DNA of 63,886 bases, the filler included, from Lenisia limosa (taxonomy: Eukaryota; Protista; Breviatea): the NCBI GenBank assembly GCA_001655205.1. It is 10 parts of 10 records of this genome, joined end to end, with 100 filler letters (N's around TTAATTAATTAA, not from the genome) between each part and the next. Parts side by side here need not be neighbours in the genome. Positions count along the whole stretch, not along the records: positions 1 to 20,948 come from LPNZ01006473.1; positions 21,049 to 23,953 come from LPNZ01007807.1; positions 24,054 to 26,633 come from LPNZ01005006.1; 7 more parts are not named here. One strand, 5' to 3'. The notes beneath the pieces were generated by a model. That model had not been told where the DNA came from and did not search any database. It saw only the letters and a program-made list of their open reading frames with translations. Positions 12,901 to 24,274 of the stretch are shown piece by piece (the first letter of the stretch is position 1; every line of letters begins with the position of its first letter). A program made the position numbers and the translations under genes.

Positions 12901-14762
12901 TGCAATAGACACCATTCAAATAGTTCATCCCCACTTACACAGACTCCAGTACATAATCGGAATACCAAAGCCAGCTGTCACTCCCATAAGGACCGACCTC
13001 TGATATGTCAGAAAAAAAATAATTAGAAAGTAGTGATCAAAATGTCTTGCCAATGAATTGATACTACCTCCCTCAAACGTAAATACTTAGCCTCGAGCTG
13101 GAGTGTGGAACCGACAACCCAACATTAAGACCAATGATAAGAAGAAAGACGGAGAGTATCCCGGCAACCAGACCAGAGTTCTCTGTTGACAGTGCCACCA
13201 CTTTAGATCGTGAGATCAATAAACTATCTCTCACCAGCAAGTATCAACTTGAGGAACAGCATTGTGATTGATGTATTTGGTGTATTAACTGACACAAACG
13301 TTGTAGAGAGCGGGTTAATCGAGACGTCACTGAAGGGTTAAATTCGCCAAAAGGATGTGCGAAAAATAATTTCTCCATTTCCAATCTTAAACCTTGGTAG
13401 CATTCCACAAACAAGTAAACATAAGGCAAGATCATCGGAAGGAAGAACAGGAGGGCGGCGGCAGAAACCCTTGATTTCGCATCTTGAGAGCATTCTGTGA
13501 AGTCGTTTGTGAAGCCATCAGCATTCTAAATCCATCAAAGAAATTGTGTGTCAAAATAGGGGGTGAGGGATGAAAGGTGGAACCCAATAGAGAAGACTAC
13601 TTGAGGCCCTAAAGCTCCAAATTAAAGAGTCAGCGACTGGACTCTCATAAAACAGATACCCCCCTCCTTTTTTTTCTTTCTTTCTTAAAAGTAATATACC
13701 GTTCAGAGAAATTACACACCTTCCTGTCTGCGAAAACAGTTTTTTTTTAGTTATCACATGACGCAACAACAACGCACAACTCCCAATATGCAAGTCCAGC
13801 ATACACTGCAAGTGGAGGCCTGTAGCCAGAACGCTTGTACCGTCGGTAGGAATAGTATTGTTGAGAAGAGCGAGAAGGCCGTGCTGAATAGCTTGTAGAT
13901 GAACTTGTTGAGCTTGTTGTTGACCTGGAGCGGTTATTTCAAACCATATATTGGACATATGGCAGAGAACGACCATAGTTTAATTTCTGAAGCAAGCTCA
14001 AGAGGTGGTCCCCATAAGTTTTTTTTTTTTTTTTTTNNNNNNNNNNNNNNNNNNNNNNNNNNNNNNNNNNNNNNNNNNNNNNNNNNNNNNNNNNNNNNNN
14101 NNNNNNNNNNNNNNNNNNNNNNNNNNNNNNNNNNNNNNNNNNNNNNNNNNNNNNNNNNNNNNNNNNNNNNNNNNNAGCCCAACTTGAACAGCTTCTCCCT
14201 TAGTCAATGACTGTACGCCATCACCCCCCCCCCCCTTCAATTACAATGATCAGCAGGACCAACAATCAACATGACTCAAAAAAACAGTGCTCGGAAGCGA
14301 GCGCCCCCTGACCGAATAAGTTACCAACTGATAGAGTGTCAAGGTTGCGAAGAAAAGGAAGGCAAGCGCAAGGTAGAGGGCCGCGTTCCAGATTTGAGAA
14401 TCATCCCAGGATGGTAGAGGGCCAGTCAGAAGCTTTGAGTCTTCAATGCTCCATCCATCATCACTAAAGAGTATAATGATTCATCCTCCCACATACCTTA
14501 CTACATCTGAGGAAGCCACAAAAATCAGGCCGATCAAGGAAACCGCCTCGAAAAGGTACCAAAAGTACACAATAAGTTGTATGAACTGTGAGAACTTCGA
14601 CTTATGGGCCCGAGTGGCGTCAGTGGGAAAATAAAACCTATCCCTGAGGCCAAATGCATTTGAAAGGAATGGGAAAAGCTTTCTGTTAAGGAACTTTTTT
14701 TTCCACGTCCTAGACTCACGCTTTTGGAGAGTTGATATAAAATCTAAAAATGAAACATCCAT
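3967..14762 (-). CDS. Large multipass membrane protein (TmcB/TmcC-like N-terminus) with PAS domain and C-terminal class III nucleotide cyclase; possibly two genes
   Basis: Cyclase motifs are clear at 4850-5730: FFSDV|VGF, YK|[32 protein letters not shown]|[14 protein letters not shown]-like exons at ~6470-6970 ([24 protein letters not shown]). Hydrophobic blocks at ~7400-7570, 8300-8640, 10790-11050 and 12730-14760. TPR-like segments [15 protein letters not shown] and [14 protein letters not shown]. Unbroken run of minus-strand exons from ATG 14762. Cyclase confidence ~0.9; single-gene model lower. Confidence 0.65.
5761..5930 (-). repeat. Intronic repeat family A, copy 1
   Basis: Plus-strand consensus GGTTGTATCTGGCYGAARCCGTCCACACCATCACGCTT...ATTCACCCA...TTTGCCTTACAACTCTGTGCACACAGCTTTCTGCGTGCCTCCCCAGCATAC. 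Recurs at ~25078-25215 (inverted), 28590-28682, 29725-29822, 45195-45215, 49580-49625, 50080-50614, 52163-52283, 53270-53300, 54200-54240, 54508-54610 and 60395-60555. Confidence 0.9.
6377..6439. mobile_element. MITE-like hairpin family D, copy 1
   Basis: Perfect 15-bp inverted repeat CAGTGACCGGGATAA...TTATCCCGGTCACTG inside an intron. Confidence 0.7.
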
Positions 14763-15193
14763 TTGAAGAGTGTTTTTTACTACTATTATTTTTCTACATC
14801 ACTCCTGCTTAAAATTATAAACCTGAAAACAAATTTGATAAAAAATTTGTTTTTTATACCCGAATTTTTGACTTAGATAGTTCTTTAAAAATAAGTTTAA
14901 GTACTCAATAAAGTAATTAATTTTGAGAAATTTTGGTTGTGCATACGCCTGAAATTCAGTCAAGATACAACACTAATTTCGATACTTCTGTCATTTTTGT
15001 GTGAGAGAAAAGTTCACTCAAATCACCAACTCACTCAGATTCACTTTTTTTTTTTTTTCCAATTTTTACGCGATATTGCGGNNNNNNNNNNNNNNNNNNN
15101 NNNNNNNNNNTTTAATTGTAGTTTTTGAACAATATAGGTTTACAATTTCTGTGAATTAGAATATTGGCTAAAACTTAATTTTAACGGGCTATC
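14763..15193. promoter_or_regulatory. Probable bidirectional promoter between the TmcB-like gene and SMC1
   Basis: ~430-nt very AT-rich spacer between divergent start codons at 14762 (-) and 15194 (+). Inferred from geometry only. Confidence 0.5.
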
Positions 15194-18100
15194 ATGGCAG
15201 GAAGGCTTGTGAGGATTGAGGTGGAGAACTTCAAAAGTTACAAAGGCCACCAGATCATCGGTCCTTTTGGTGAGTTGGCTACGTTGAGGCCAAAGGTATA
15301 TTCAAGAATACTTTCGTAGTTTCTTTTGTTGGCAAATCTATATAGCTATCTTTGAATTTAGTGATCTTGAGAGCTAACAAGATATTCCAACAACCTAATC
15401 TTCTTTAGATAACTTTTCTTGTGTTATTGGGCCAAATGGTTCAGGTAAGGGTGGATTTCATATCACCGCGCCATTTTTGAAATGTTGATTCTTTTGCTTA
15501 CCATCTATCTGGAGTAAAATTCACTGACACAGGTAAATCTAATCTTATGGACGCCGTCTCTTTTGTCCTTGGTGTCAAAGCTGCTACCCTACGAGGACAA
15601 TCTATGAAAGTATGTTTTTCCATTCATCTTTGAAAGATGGATGTTTTCTTGAAAACTTTGATTATTTGATGAGAAAGTTTTACAAAAGTAGGATTTGATT
15701 TATTCCTCTACTGGAGAGAAGCCTTCTGGGAAGGCCGTTGTGACAGTTGTTTATGCTGAGGTGAGCTTGATACAAAGACTCTGCAAGAGTTATTGGAGTG
15801 TACCTCATTAATTAGGGGAATGAGAACACGCCTGAATATAAGGAAACGTATTTCAGCAGGACAGTTACTGCTGAGGGAAACACTGACTACCGATTCAACA
15901 GCGTAAGTCCTCACTTTTAATGCTCTGTTTCTTACTATTTAGCGAGTTGTGACTTTTGAAAACTATTCAAAGAAGCTGGCTGAACTTGGAGTGGTTCTCA
16001 AAGCCAAAAATTGCCTTGTATTTCAGGTTTGGGGGTAAGAATACTGAAACCCCACACAGTAAACGGTGCAAATAGCTTATCATGCAGGGAGATGTGGAAG
16101 GAATTGCCACGCGAAACCCCAAAGAATTGGCACAGTGGATCGAACATCTTTCGGGTTGGAGGGATTTTGCTTCTTGTTGTTGTTCGTACTCTTGCTGTTC
16201 TTGTTGTTCTTCTTTAATTGCGGTTTGTTGCTCAAAAAAGCACTGTAATAGCAGTCATGAACATGGTTTTGTTGACCCTTCAGGTTCGGACGAGTTCAAA
16301 ACCGAATATGAGAAGCTAAAACTCAGCAAGCAGGAGGCCGATGACGAGACGTACTTTGCAATGCAGAAGAAGAAGGGTGTTGCGTAGGAGGGCAGTGAGG
16401 GAGACTTCCATGGTCTGGTGTAATGTGTTTCACTTTCAGGGCTGAGAAGAAACAGTATCGCGAGCAAAAGGTTGAGGCAGATAAGTACCAGAGCCTGATG
16501 GACAAACGGGCTGATGTTCAGCACAGTGTTCGTCTTTGGGAGGCTTATCACACGGTCAGAAAGATTGAGAACATCACAGACGAGAAGGAGGCACTTGATG
16601 CGGTGAGTTGAATCCATTTTCTTACCATATTAATACCCCCTTATCGTGTAGGAGTTGGAGACGAATGAGCACCAGAATGAGGCTGCAGCCAACAGGCTGG
16701 ACGAGGGTTTGTGATATTGAACTTTGTCTCACTTCTTAGTCAAGACCAAGCAGGCCAAGTTGGAAAAGGAAACCCTGAAACTGAAACGGAAACGCTCAGC
16801 TCTCAAAACCAAGGACTCTGAGAAGGTATGGAAGATTTTACCCAACTGCGTATAAAGCTCGAATAATGACATTCACTTTTTTTTAGGCCACAGAGGCAGA
16901 TAAGGCAGCCCAAGCCCTCAAGAGAGCGGAAATGGATGTCAAAAAAGCCGAAAATATGATTGCTGAGAAGCAGGCTGAAATTGAACGCAGAGTGAGCCTC
17001 GTTGCTTATTTACACTTATCTTACTCAAACCTAAATTTCGATGATTGTTTATCCTTTAGGACGCAGATGTTGCCAGCTTAGAGAAAAAGCAGAAGAAAGC
17101 TAACGATGTTCTGAAGGCGTTCGAGGCTGAACATGACGATATGTCCCCTATCCATTTGGCCGACGCCCAATTAGACGAGTATAGAGAACTGTGAGATGGT
17201 ACAGGAAAACTGACCTTCACAGTGCTCTTTTTATTAACCCTTCTTACATTATAGTAAGGAGAAGGCCATTGCGACCGCTCAAAAGGACCAGTCAGCTCTC
17301 CAGAAGCTGGGAAGAGCCCAGAAGGGTGATGAGGCCGAACTCTCCGAAGTCAATGCCAAGGAGGAAGACATCAAGGCCAGCATCAGAAGTGTAGGCTGAT
17401 CCTGCCAATAGGGCGGTGCAAGTAGCTTTACTCACCCCTCACAGGAGAACGAGGCACTTGAAATGCTGGAAATTAGGCAGTCCAAGCTCGAGCGTGTCGG
17501 TATTGAGACCCGTGAACAGACCAAACTGAAAGAGACTGAGCTCTCAGAAGCGCGTTCCAAGCACAGAAATATTGAAGTATGTATTATAACTCAGCCGTGT
17601 TCTTTCAGTCTCCTTTAATAGTTTTTCTTTACCAAATTAGGGGAAAGTTGAGTCCATCCAAACCGATCTCAACGCAATTGTGGAGGAGATCCGAGAGATC
17701 AAGTCCGACAAGAAGGCTGCAGAGAAGGAGAGGCAGGTGAGGACCGGGACGGGACGGTGCTGACCAGTGTCTGTTGTACGTCGGCTCATTTTGCAGATTG
17801 ACGAGAATATGAAGCAGCTTTCTGAGGCCGTGGAGGGTGTCCACGATCGGATGGTCAACATTTGCACTCCAGCCCATGTAAGCTTTTCACTCCAATGACC
17901 TTTTTGACGCTTCAGCGTCGCTATGGCAAGGCAGTGGAAGCCGCCCTGGGCAAACACTGCGACTCGGTGGTGACGTCCACACGCAAGTCTGCTACGGACG
18001 CTGTGGAGTACTTGAGATCCCATCGTCTCGGCCGCTCCCGCTTCCTCCCAGTAGATTTCGTTGAAGTTCCGAAACAGGTATGCCAGAGGCAGCCGACAGT

Positions 18101-20948
18101 TTTGAAGACAAATGGGTTTGTTTGACTCAGTAGCCGGCTACCCTCCCTCCCAACATTCCCAAAAACATTCCTGCTCGTCTTGCCATCAACTGTGTCAGCT
18201 TTGATGAGGTACAGGGGTATCATTTATTCTAATATTTTGTACAATAACTCAATAACTGATTGACCCCATAGATGCACAATAGGGCGGTACAGTTTGCGCT
18301 TAACAACACGGTGATCTGTGACGACCTTGCTTCAGCCAGAATTGTTGCTTTCGAGAGCGGAGAGCGCAGAAGAGGTTCGTATAACAGGCTTTCGTTGATT
18401 GTTTGGACCTCAGTATCACTTACATTATAGTTGTGACCTTGAACGGAGAAATTGTTGAGAAGTCTGGTCTTATGTCGGGTGGTTTCTCTGATGGTGCTGG
18501 CGGCCGTTATGCAGCTAAGGATACTGAAGGTTGGCTAGGTTTTGACAATGTTTGAAAATTAGAAAAATGGTGTTTACCTTGCTGAGGATTGTATGATCTT
18601 TCCGTTTTTTTTTTTTATTTCTCTGAACATTTTTCAACTCGCTTTTGACGGAAACGGGAGGTGAAGTGTTGAAAATACATCTGGTTAAGTATGTAATTCC
18701 ACAGCCTTGAAGAAGAAGAGAGACAGGCTCTTCAGTGAGCTGACTCAAGCCCAGAAAGAGAAGCGCCGAGGCTCAAAGGAGGCCAATTTGAAGGGTATGT
18801 TTGTCGGTCTGTCATTTGGGGCTTTCTTTCCTCTATTCTCTTCACCTTCCTCTCACATCTCAGCTGAACTTGAGGGACTGAAGAAGCGCATCAAGCACAA
18901 CGACCTTGATGTCAAAACCGGGCTGGAGAAGATTAAAAGAATGAAGGCCAATATCCTGGTAGACTATTGCTCTTGAAAAGAACTACGCTGACACCTCAGA
19001 ATTTGGAGAAGGAACTGGAGGGACTCCCGAGCTTGACTGCTAAACTTGAGAACACCATCGCTGACCGCCTGAAGGTCATTACCGTACATGAAAGAAGTAG
19101 GTTGAAGGCCAATTTGAATCTCTTTCTTTCCAAAGTCTGACTTCGCAGGTCTTCACAACGTCGAGGATCGCATCTTCAAATCATTCTGCAAGCAAATCAA
19201 GGTCCGTATATAAAACTTTTTGTAACTTACTCCGGTGGTGTTTGTTTGAGGTCGCTTGCTTACATTGCAGGTCAACAATATTCGTGAGTACGAGGAAGGT
19301 GGACTGAAGCAGGCGGAGGCGAGAGCCCAGAAGAGAGGACAACTCACTGCTGACCTCGCACAGATCGAACAAAAGTTGGGTGGTACCTAACATATCAGAA
19401 ACACTCAGTAGTCCTGTTTTCACTGACACACTAGGCTTTCCTTCGAGAAGGACCGTGAGCTGACCTCAAGAAAGGCCCAGTTGGAGGACCAGTTGAAGAA
19501 GGCCAAAAAGGTCGTAATCGCATCGACTGCCACTTCGGAGGTGAGATTCTCATCAATTTTCTCCTTTTGAATCCCGAGTTCCCCCCCCCCCCCCCNNNNN
19601 NNNNNNNNNNNNNNNNNNNNNNNNNNNNNNNNNNNNNNNNNNNNNNNNNNNNNNNNNNNNNNNNNNNNNNNNNNNNNNNNNNNNNNNNNNNNNNNNNNNN
19701 NNNNNNNNNNNNNNNNNNNAAAAAAGCCCTCGCAGATTTGGACACCAAAACCAAGGACGTCACTAACGAAATCGAAGCTATTGCTGCCCAGGTCTGGAGC
19801 TGTGCTGCTTTATATCAGGACTGTAAAGGGAGGAGTTGTGGATAACTTCACAGTGGTACGGGCTGTGTTTTGTTGATTTCTTGCATGGGTGCTTCCCCCT
19901 CCCCCACTTCTTTTTGTGTATTGACCCACCAGGTTGCCAAGACGGACGCAGCTGTGGCCCAACTTCGCAAAAAGATCACTAACAAAGTTGGGGGGGGGGG
20001 GNNNNNNNNNNNNNNNNNNNNNNNNNNNNNNNNNNNNNNNNNNNNNNNNNNNNNNNNNNNNNNNNNNNNNNNNNNNNNNNNNNNNNNNNNNNNNNNNNNN
20101 NNNNNNNNNNNNNNNNNNNNNNACAGCATTCAGGTGTTACTTGAACAATGTTATATGGCCGATATAACGCAGCAGGAGGGTTTGTTGGACCAGGCCCGTG
20201 CGCAGCGCCACGATCTCTTTGTCAGATGGCGTCTCGAGGGCGGCAAGGGCGCTCAAAGTCTGGGGGTGCTGCGTTAGTCGAAAAGATTTCCTTAGGTTTT
20301 TCGTCTTCATACTGACCGTCCAGGTCTCCCTGAAGTATCAGCCGGCTCAGGCTGTAGTCAGGCTGTTGAGTCCGACAGTATGGGCATTTATTCCCAGGGT
20401 AGGCGAAGATTTAGGGTAATCATCAAGAATAGCATCAATAGAAGCACCCCCCCCCCCCCNNNNNNNNNNNNNNNNNNNNNNNNNNNNNNNNNNNNNNNNN
20501 NNNNNNNNNNNNNNNNNNNNNNNNNNNNNNNNNNNNNNNNNNNNNNNNNNNNNNNNNNNNNNNNNNNTGCGTGACCCTCGACTTCAGCGAGCTGGAAAGT
20601 GCCCTCAAGAAGGACCCGTCCTCTGAAGTTCGCAACAGACTGCAGGCTGAGATCCAGGCTCTCACGGCCCAGGCTGACAGAATTGCTCCCAACATGCGCG
20701 CCGGGGACAGGTGGGTTACGAAGGGATTCATCAAGCGATGGGGGAGATTATCAGTAGTCTGACCAGACAGACTCATTGCTGTGACTGATCGGTTCACCGA
20801 GGTTGGTGAAGAAGTCGACAATGCGAGACAGGTATGTGGAGGAACTCTTCCAAGATGATTCGTTTATTTTGGATTCACGTGTCTGATTTCGTTATCTTCC
20901 ATCAATTTTGTATTGGTTTTCAGATATTCAGTCAGTGCCTTTCAGACC
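15194..20948 (+). CDS. SMC1: Cohesin subunit SMC1, truncated at contig end (C-terminal ATPase half missing)
   Basis: MAGRLVRIEVENFKSYKGHQIIGPF, Walker A GPNGS|GKSNLMDAVSFVLGVK, LVFQ|GDVEGIATRNPKEL, hinge YGKAVEAALGKHCDSVV...FLPVD and VTLNGEIVEKSGLMSGG, and the SMC1-type APNMRA motif. Confidence 0.95.
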
Positions 20949-21048
20949 NNNNNNNNNNNNNNNNNNNNNNNNNNNNNNNNNNNNNNNNNNNNTTAATTAA
21001 TTAANNNNNNNNNNNNNNNNNNNNNNNNNNNNNNNNNNNNNNNNNNNN
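20949..21048. other. Artificial contig spacer (44 N + TTAATTAATTAA + 44 N)
   Basis: Identical 100-nt construct also at 23954-24053, 26634-26733, 30144-30243, 35288-35387, 52825-52924, 55028-55127, 58905-59004 and 62372-62471. The 12-mer puts stops in all six frames. Confidence 0.97.
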
Positions 21049-21220
21049 AAATTCAGGTGACAAAAACACAAAAACAAAGCTCATAAAACGAAGGATATGA
21101 AATAAGCTGGGGAGGGTGGGGGTGGGGAGGTAGAGATTGAAATATGAAAAACAAAATGTTGCTGAAAGACTGGAAATATGCTCCGAAAATAGTTTCTGAA
21201 AACAAATGTGACAACACATA

Positions 21221-21298
21221 CACTGACCGCAATAAGTCCTGACACAGATATTAATCTTTATCTTTTGTCAATCTTGTCAGGACTTATCGCGGTCAGTG
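21221..21298. mobile_element. MITE-like family D, copy 2 (TA-flanked)
   Basis: TA-CACTGACCGCAATAAGTCCTGACA...TGTCAGGACTTATCGCGGTCAGTG-TA: 24-bp inverted repeats with 1 mismatch and TA on both sides. Confidence 0.8.
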
Positions 21299-21338
21299 TA
21301 TTACGATATACTCTGCCTGGGGCAACAACAAGGCCTAC

Positions 21339-23640
21339 TTTTCCAGAGGTTAATTCAAGATCTGTAAACGAGTGGAACTCCTAAAAACGATGAAAAAGTC
21401 AATTTGCTCATCTTATATAATCATCAAGCTGTTTATTTCCCCTCATGTGGTTAAAGGGAATACATTGTGAGTGTCATTATGAGAGCTGTCTATTTCAAGC
21501 CACCCCCCCCCCCCNNNNNNNNNNNNNNNNNNNNNNNNNNNNNNNNNNNNNNNNNNNNNNNNNNNNNNNNNNNNNNNNNNNNNNNNNNNNNNNNNNNNNN
21601 NNNNNNNNNNNNNNNNNNNNNNNNNNNNNNNNNNNNNNNATCACAAAATTCAACAACTTATAAACCTTAAAAACTCTCCAAATGTATATACTACTACCCC
21701 TTACCTCTCCACTTCCCTCTCTTAAACTTTACAATCACCTTCATTTGATTAATCTCCCACCTTCAACTGTTGGTCCGCCTGGGTGCCGAGGCTCGACTCG
21801 TCATCTGCCAGGTCCGCGAAATCGTCCACAAACGAGTCCAGCACGGCGTTGTGTCCGAGGGCTTTTTCGGTCCTGGCGTGGTTAGGATGCGTACGTATTT
21901 GGTTCAGCAAAAAAAACATGCACCAAAAATAAAACATGCACCAAATAAAAACAAAAAGCTGCAACAACAAATAAAAACACAATCCACCAACAGAGGAGCA
22001 ACTTCCTTGAGGAAATCTGCCATGCTATTTTCCTGCATAATTCGAGCGGAGGTTTCTTCGTCCATTGAGCGGGGAGCGGCTTGAATCACTGGGANNNNNN
22101 NNNNNNNNNNNNNNNNNNNNNNNNNNNNNNNNNNNNNNNNNNNNNNNNNNNNNNNNNNNNNNNNNNNNNNNNNNNNNNNNNNNNNNNNNNNNGTTGGCTA
22201 GTAACACACGAGGGTTGAGAACAACAGAGCAAACAAAGCCCATCCCAGTCGCTTCTGCAGCTCCGTATCCCATCAGGGGGAGTAAAACGAACAAAATTTC
22301 GATCCTACCATTGTTTTTTGGGAGGTACCAAGTAGTCTGCGAAGTGGATGTTGTCTGGATGGGGACTGCTTGGCATGCCTTATGGTGCTCAGTTCGCTTT
22401 AGAGAATATGACTGATCCTGAAATGTGAAAGAAGTTAAACAGGGAAAGTGTTATAACTAAGGCTTTTAAACGGTCCAAAACAATATTCCAGAGTTTATTT
22501 ATTGTTGGGAACGAGGGAAAGCCTAATTATTGCCAAGTGCAAGGAGTTCCTCAAGGATAAACCATGTACATCGTAGCAAGGGAAAAGAAGAAATAAAGCT
22601 TGTAGTTTGGGATAAAAGAAATTGAAGGCGATACAAAATATTAAATTACACATTGACCCATTAGCGTCGTTTATCATCAACATCATTCCCCATGATCATT
22701 TCCATCAACATCAACATCATCAATAAGGATTCAAAGGGATTTCCTAACGATGCTGAGAGGTCTCCAAAACTCTCTCTAACCCAACTACAATATCACAAAA
22801 CACCTTTCAACAATCTCAACTGCCTTAAACAGGCCAACGCCAACCTTGAAAGGTCGGCACTCCACCAGGCCATCGTGAGCTTCACGATCAGAAAATGAAA
22901 CCGCAGCGCCAAAATCACGGCGAAGGCGAGAATACGCCACTTTCACCTAAAAGCTGGGTTAATTGCACCCAGGAGAGGACAGAGGGACGGAAAGGAGTTT
23001 ACCTTGGGCCTGGATGTCTTGACTGTGAGCTCCTCAACTTCCGCCTCGCTTCCAAGACTCTTCCATACTTTCTTTTCAGAAGGGGGAGGCACTTCCCCCT
23101 CGCTAACTGACATTATGCGATTTCCCACAGAAAGTACTTCTCAATTTTCTGGATTTCTCTGATTACAATATCTATATCTTTCCTAAACAAATGTCAATCA
23201 ACTTTCTTTTTGACAATCTAAAAGAACAACGTTTTTTTTCCTTTCCTTTTTTTTTAAAAAACTATTTAAGTGTGGCAACTCTCCGAATGACATATTTATT
23301 TTCCCTTTACGNNNNNNNNNNNNNNNNNNNNNNNNNNNNNNNNNNNNNNNNNNNNNNNNNNNNNNNNNNNNNNNNNNNNNNNNNNNNNNNNNNNNTAGTA
23401 GGTGCCAAGCTTCTGCATAAACTGGACAGAAGACAGCCCTTCCTTCGCCCTCCCTGCTTTACTGCTATAGTCAACCTTTAACCCCCTCCTTCCTAGATTT
23501 ATCATGAACTTTGATAAACTCCAAAGGGTGGATGGGCCACACGCCCATCGAGGCAACCCCGAGCCCGTTGGCATCCGTCAAGATCTTCCCAACACAATGC
23601 CTCAACCGTCTCGGCCGGGACCGAAGTCTGCAGTCTCAAA
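21339..23640 (-). CDS. DNAI3: Inner-arm dynein intermediate chain IC140/WDR63 (DNAI3), N-terminal fragment
   Basis: Exons KVWKSLGSEAEVEELTV, YSRLRRDFGAAVSFSD, EKALGHNAVLDSFVDDFADLADDESSLGTQADQQLK|EFHSFTDL parallel WDR63 PWVSLGSEKEIEE, SRKRSEFGAP and ALQQNEIM..F.DD...L...LKEYQSFTDL. Confidence 0.85.
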
Positions 23641-24274
23641 TCGAAGCAGTGAAGGGGCCAGTTCGAATAGAATGAAAGGTTGGGGTGGAGGATGGCACTA
23701 TAACTCTCTTTTCTGGAAAAAAAGCGCAAGAAGGGGCGCAAGAAGGGGCGAAAAAAGGCCAATTTTAGCTTAAATGGAAAACTGGGTAATAAACATGTAC
23801 CAGATTTTCTTCAGAAACAATCGGGCAAAATATGCCACAGTACACGTTTATATTTTTTTTAATGATATAGTGACAAGACCAGGAATTCATATTTGACTCT
23901 TCAGCAACGCCGAGTGCTACTCGAAGGTCAGCTCGCAGTCTCATGAACGCAAGNNNNNNNNNNNNNNNNNNNNNNNNNNNNNNNNNNNNNNNNNNNNTTA
24001 ATTAATTAANNNNNNNNNNNNNNNNNNNNNNNNNNNNNNNNNNNNNNNNNNNNCGGTTCGAAAAATACCAATATCAATAATTTTCTAAGGTTTATCGAGA
24101 AATTCAGTTTTAAAAAATTATATATACTCTACTAGTAGCTATATTATGTATATGATCATATATGTATGTACTATATATTCATGATACATTCATTTTACTC
24201 CCGAACCCCCCAACCCACACACACACCCTTTCTTCTACCTCGCTTCAAACCTCACTATTGTGCTTATTGACCCT

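Noticed and set aside
20993-21004. TTAATTAATTAA as a biological motif or PacI-like site
   Set aside because: It occurs only at the centre of identical 100-nt N spacers, so it is an assembly linker.
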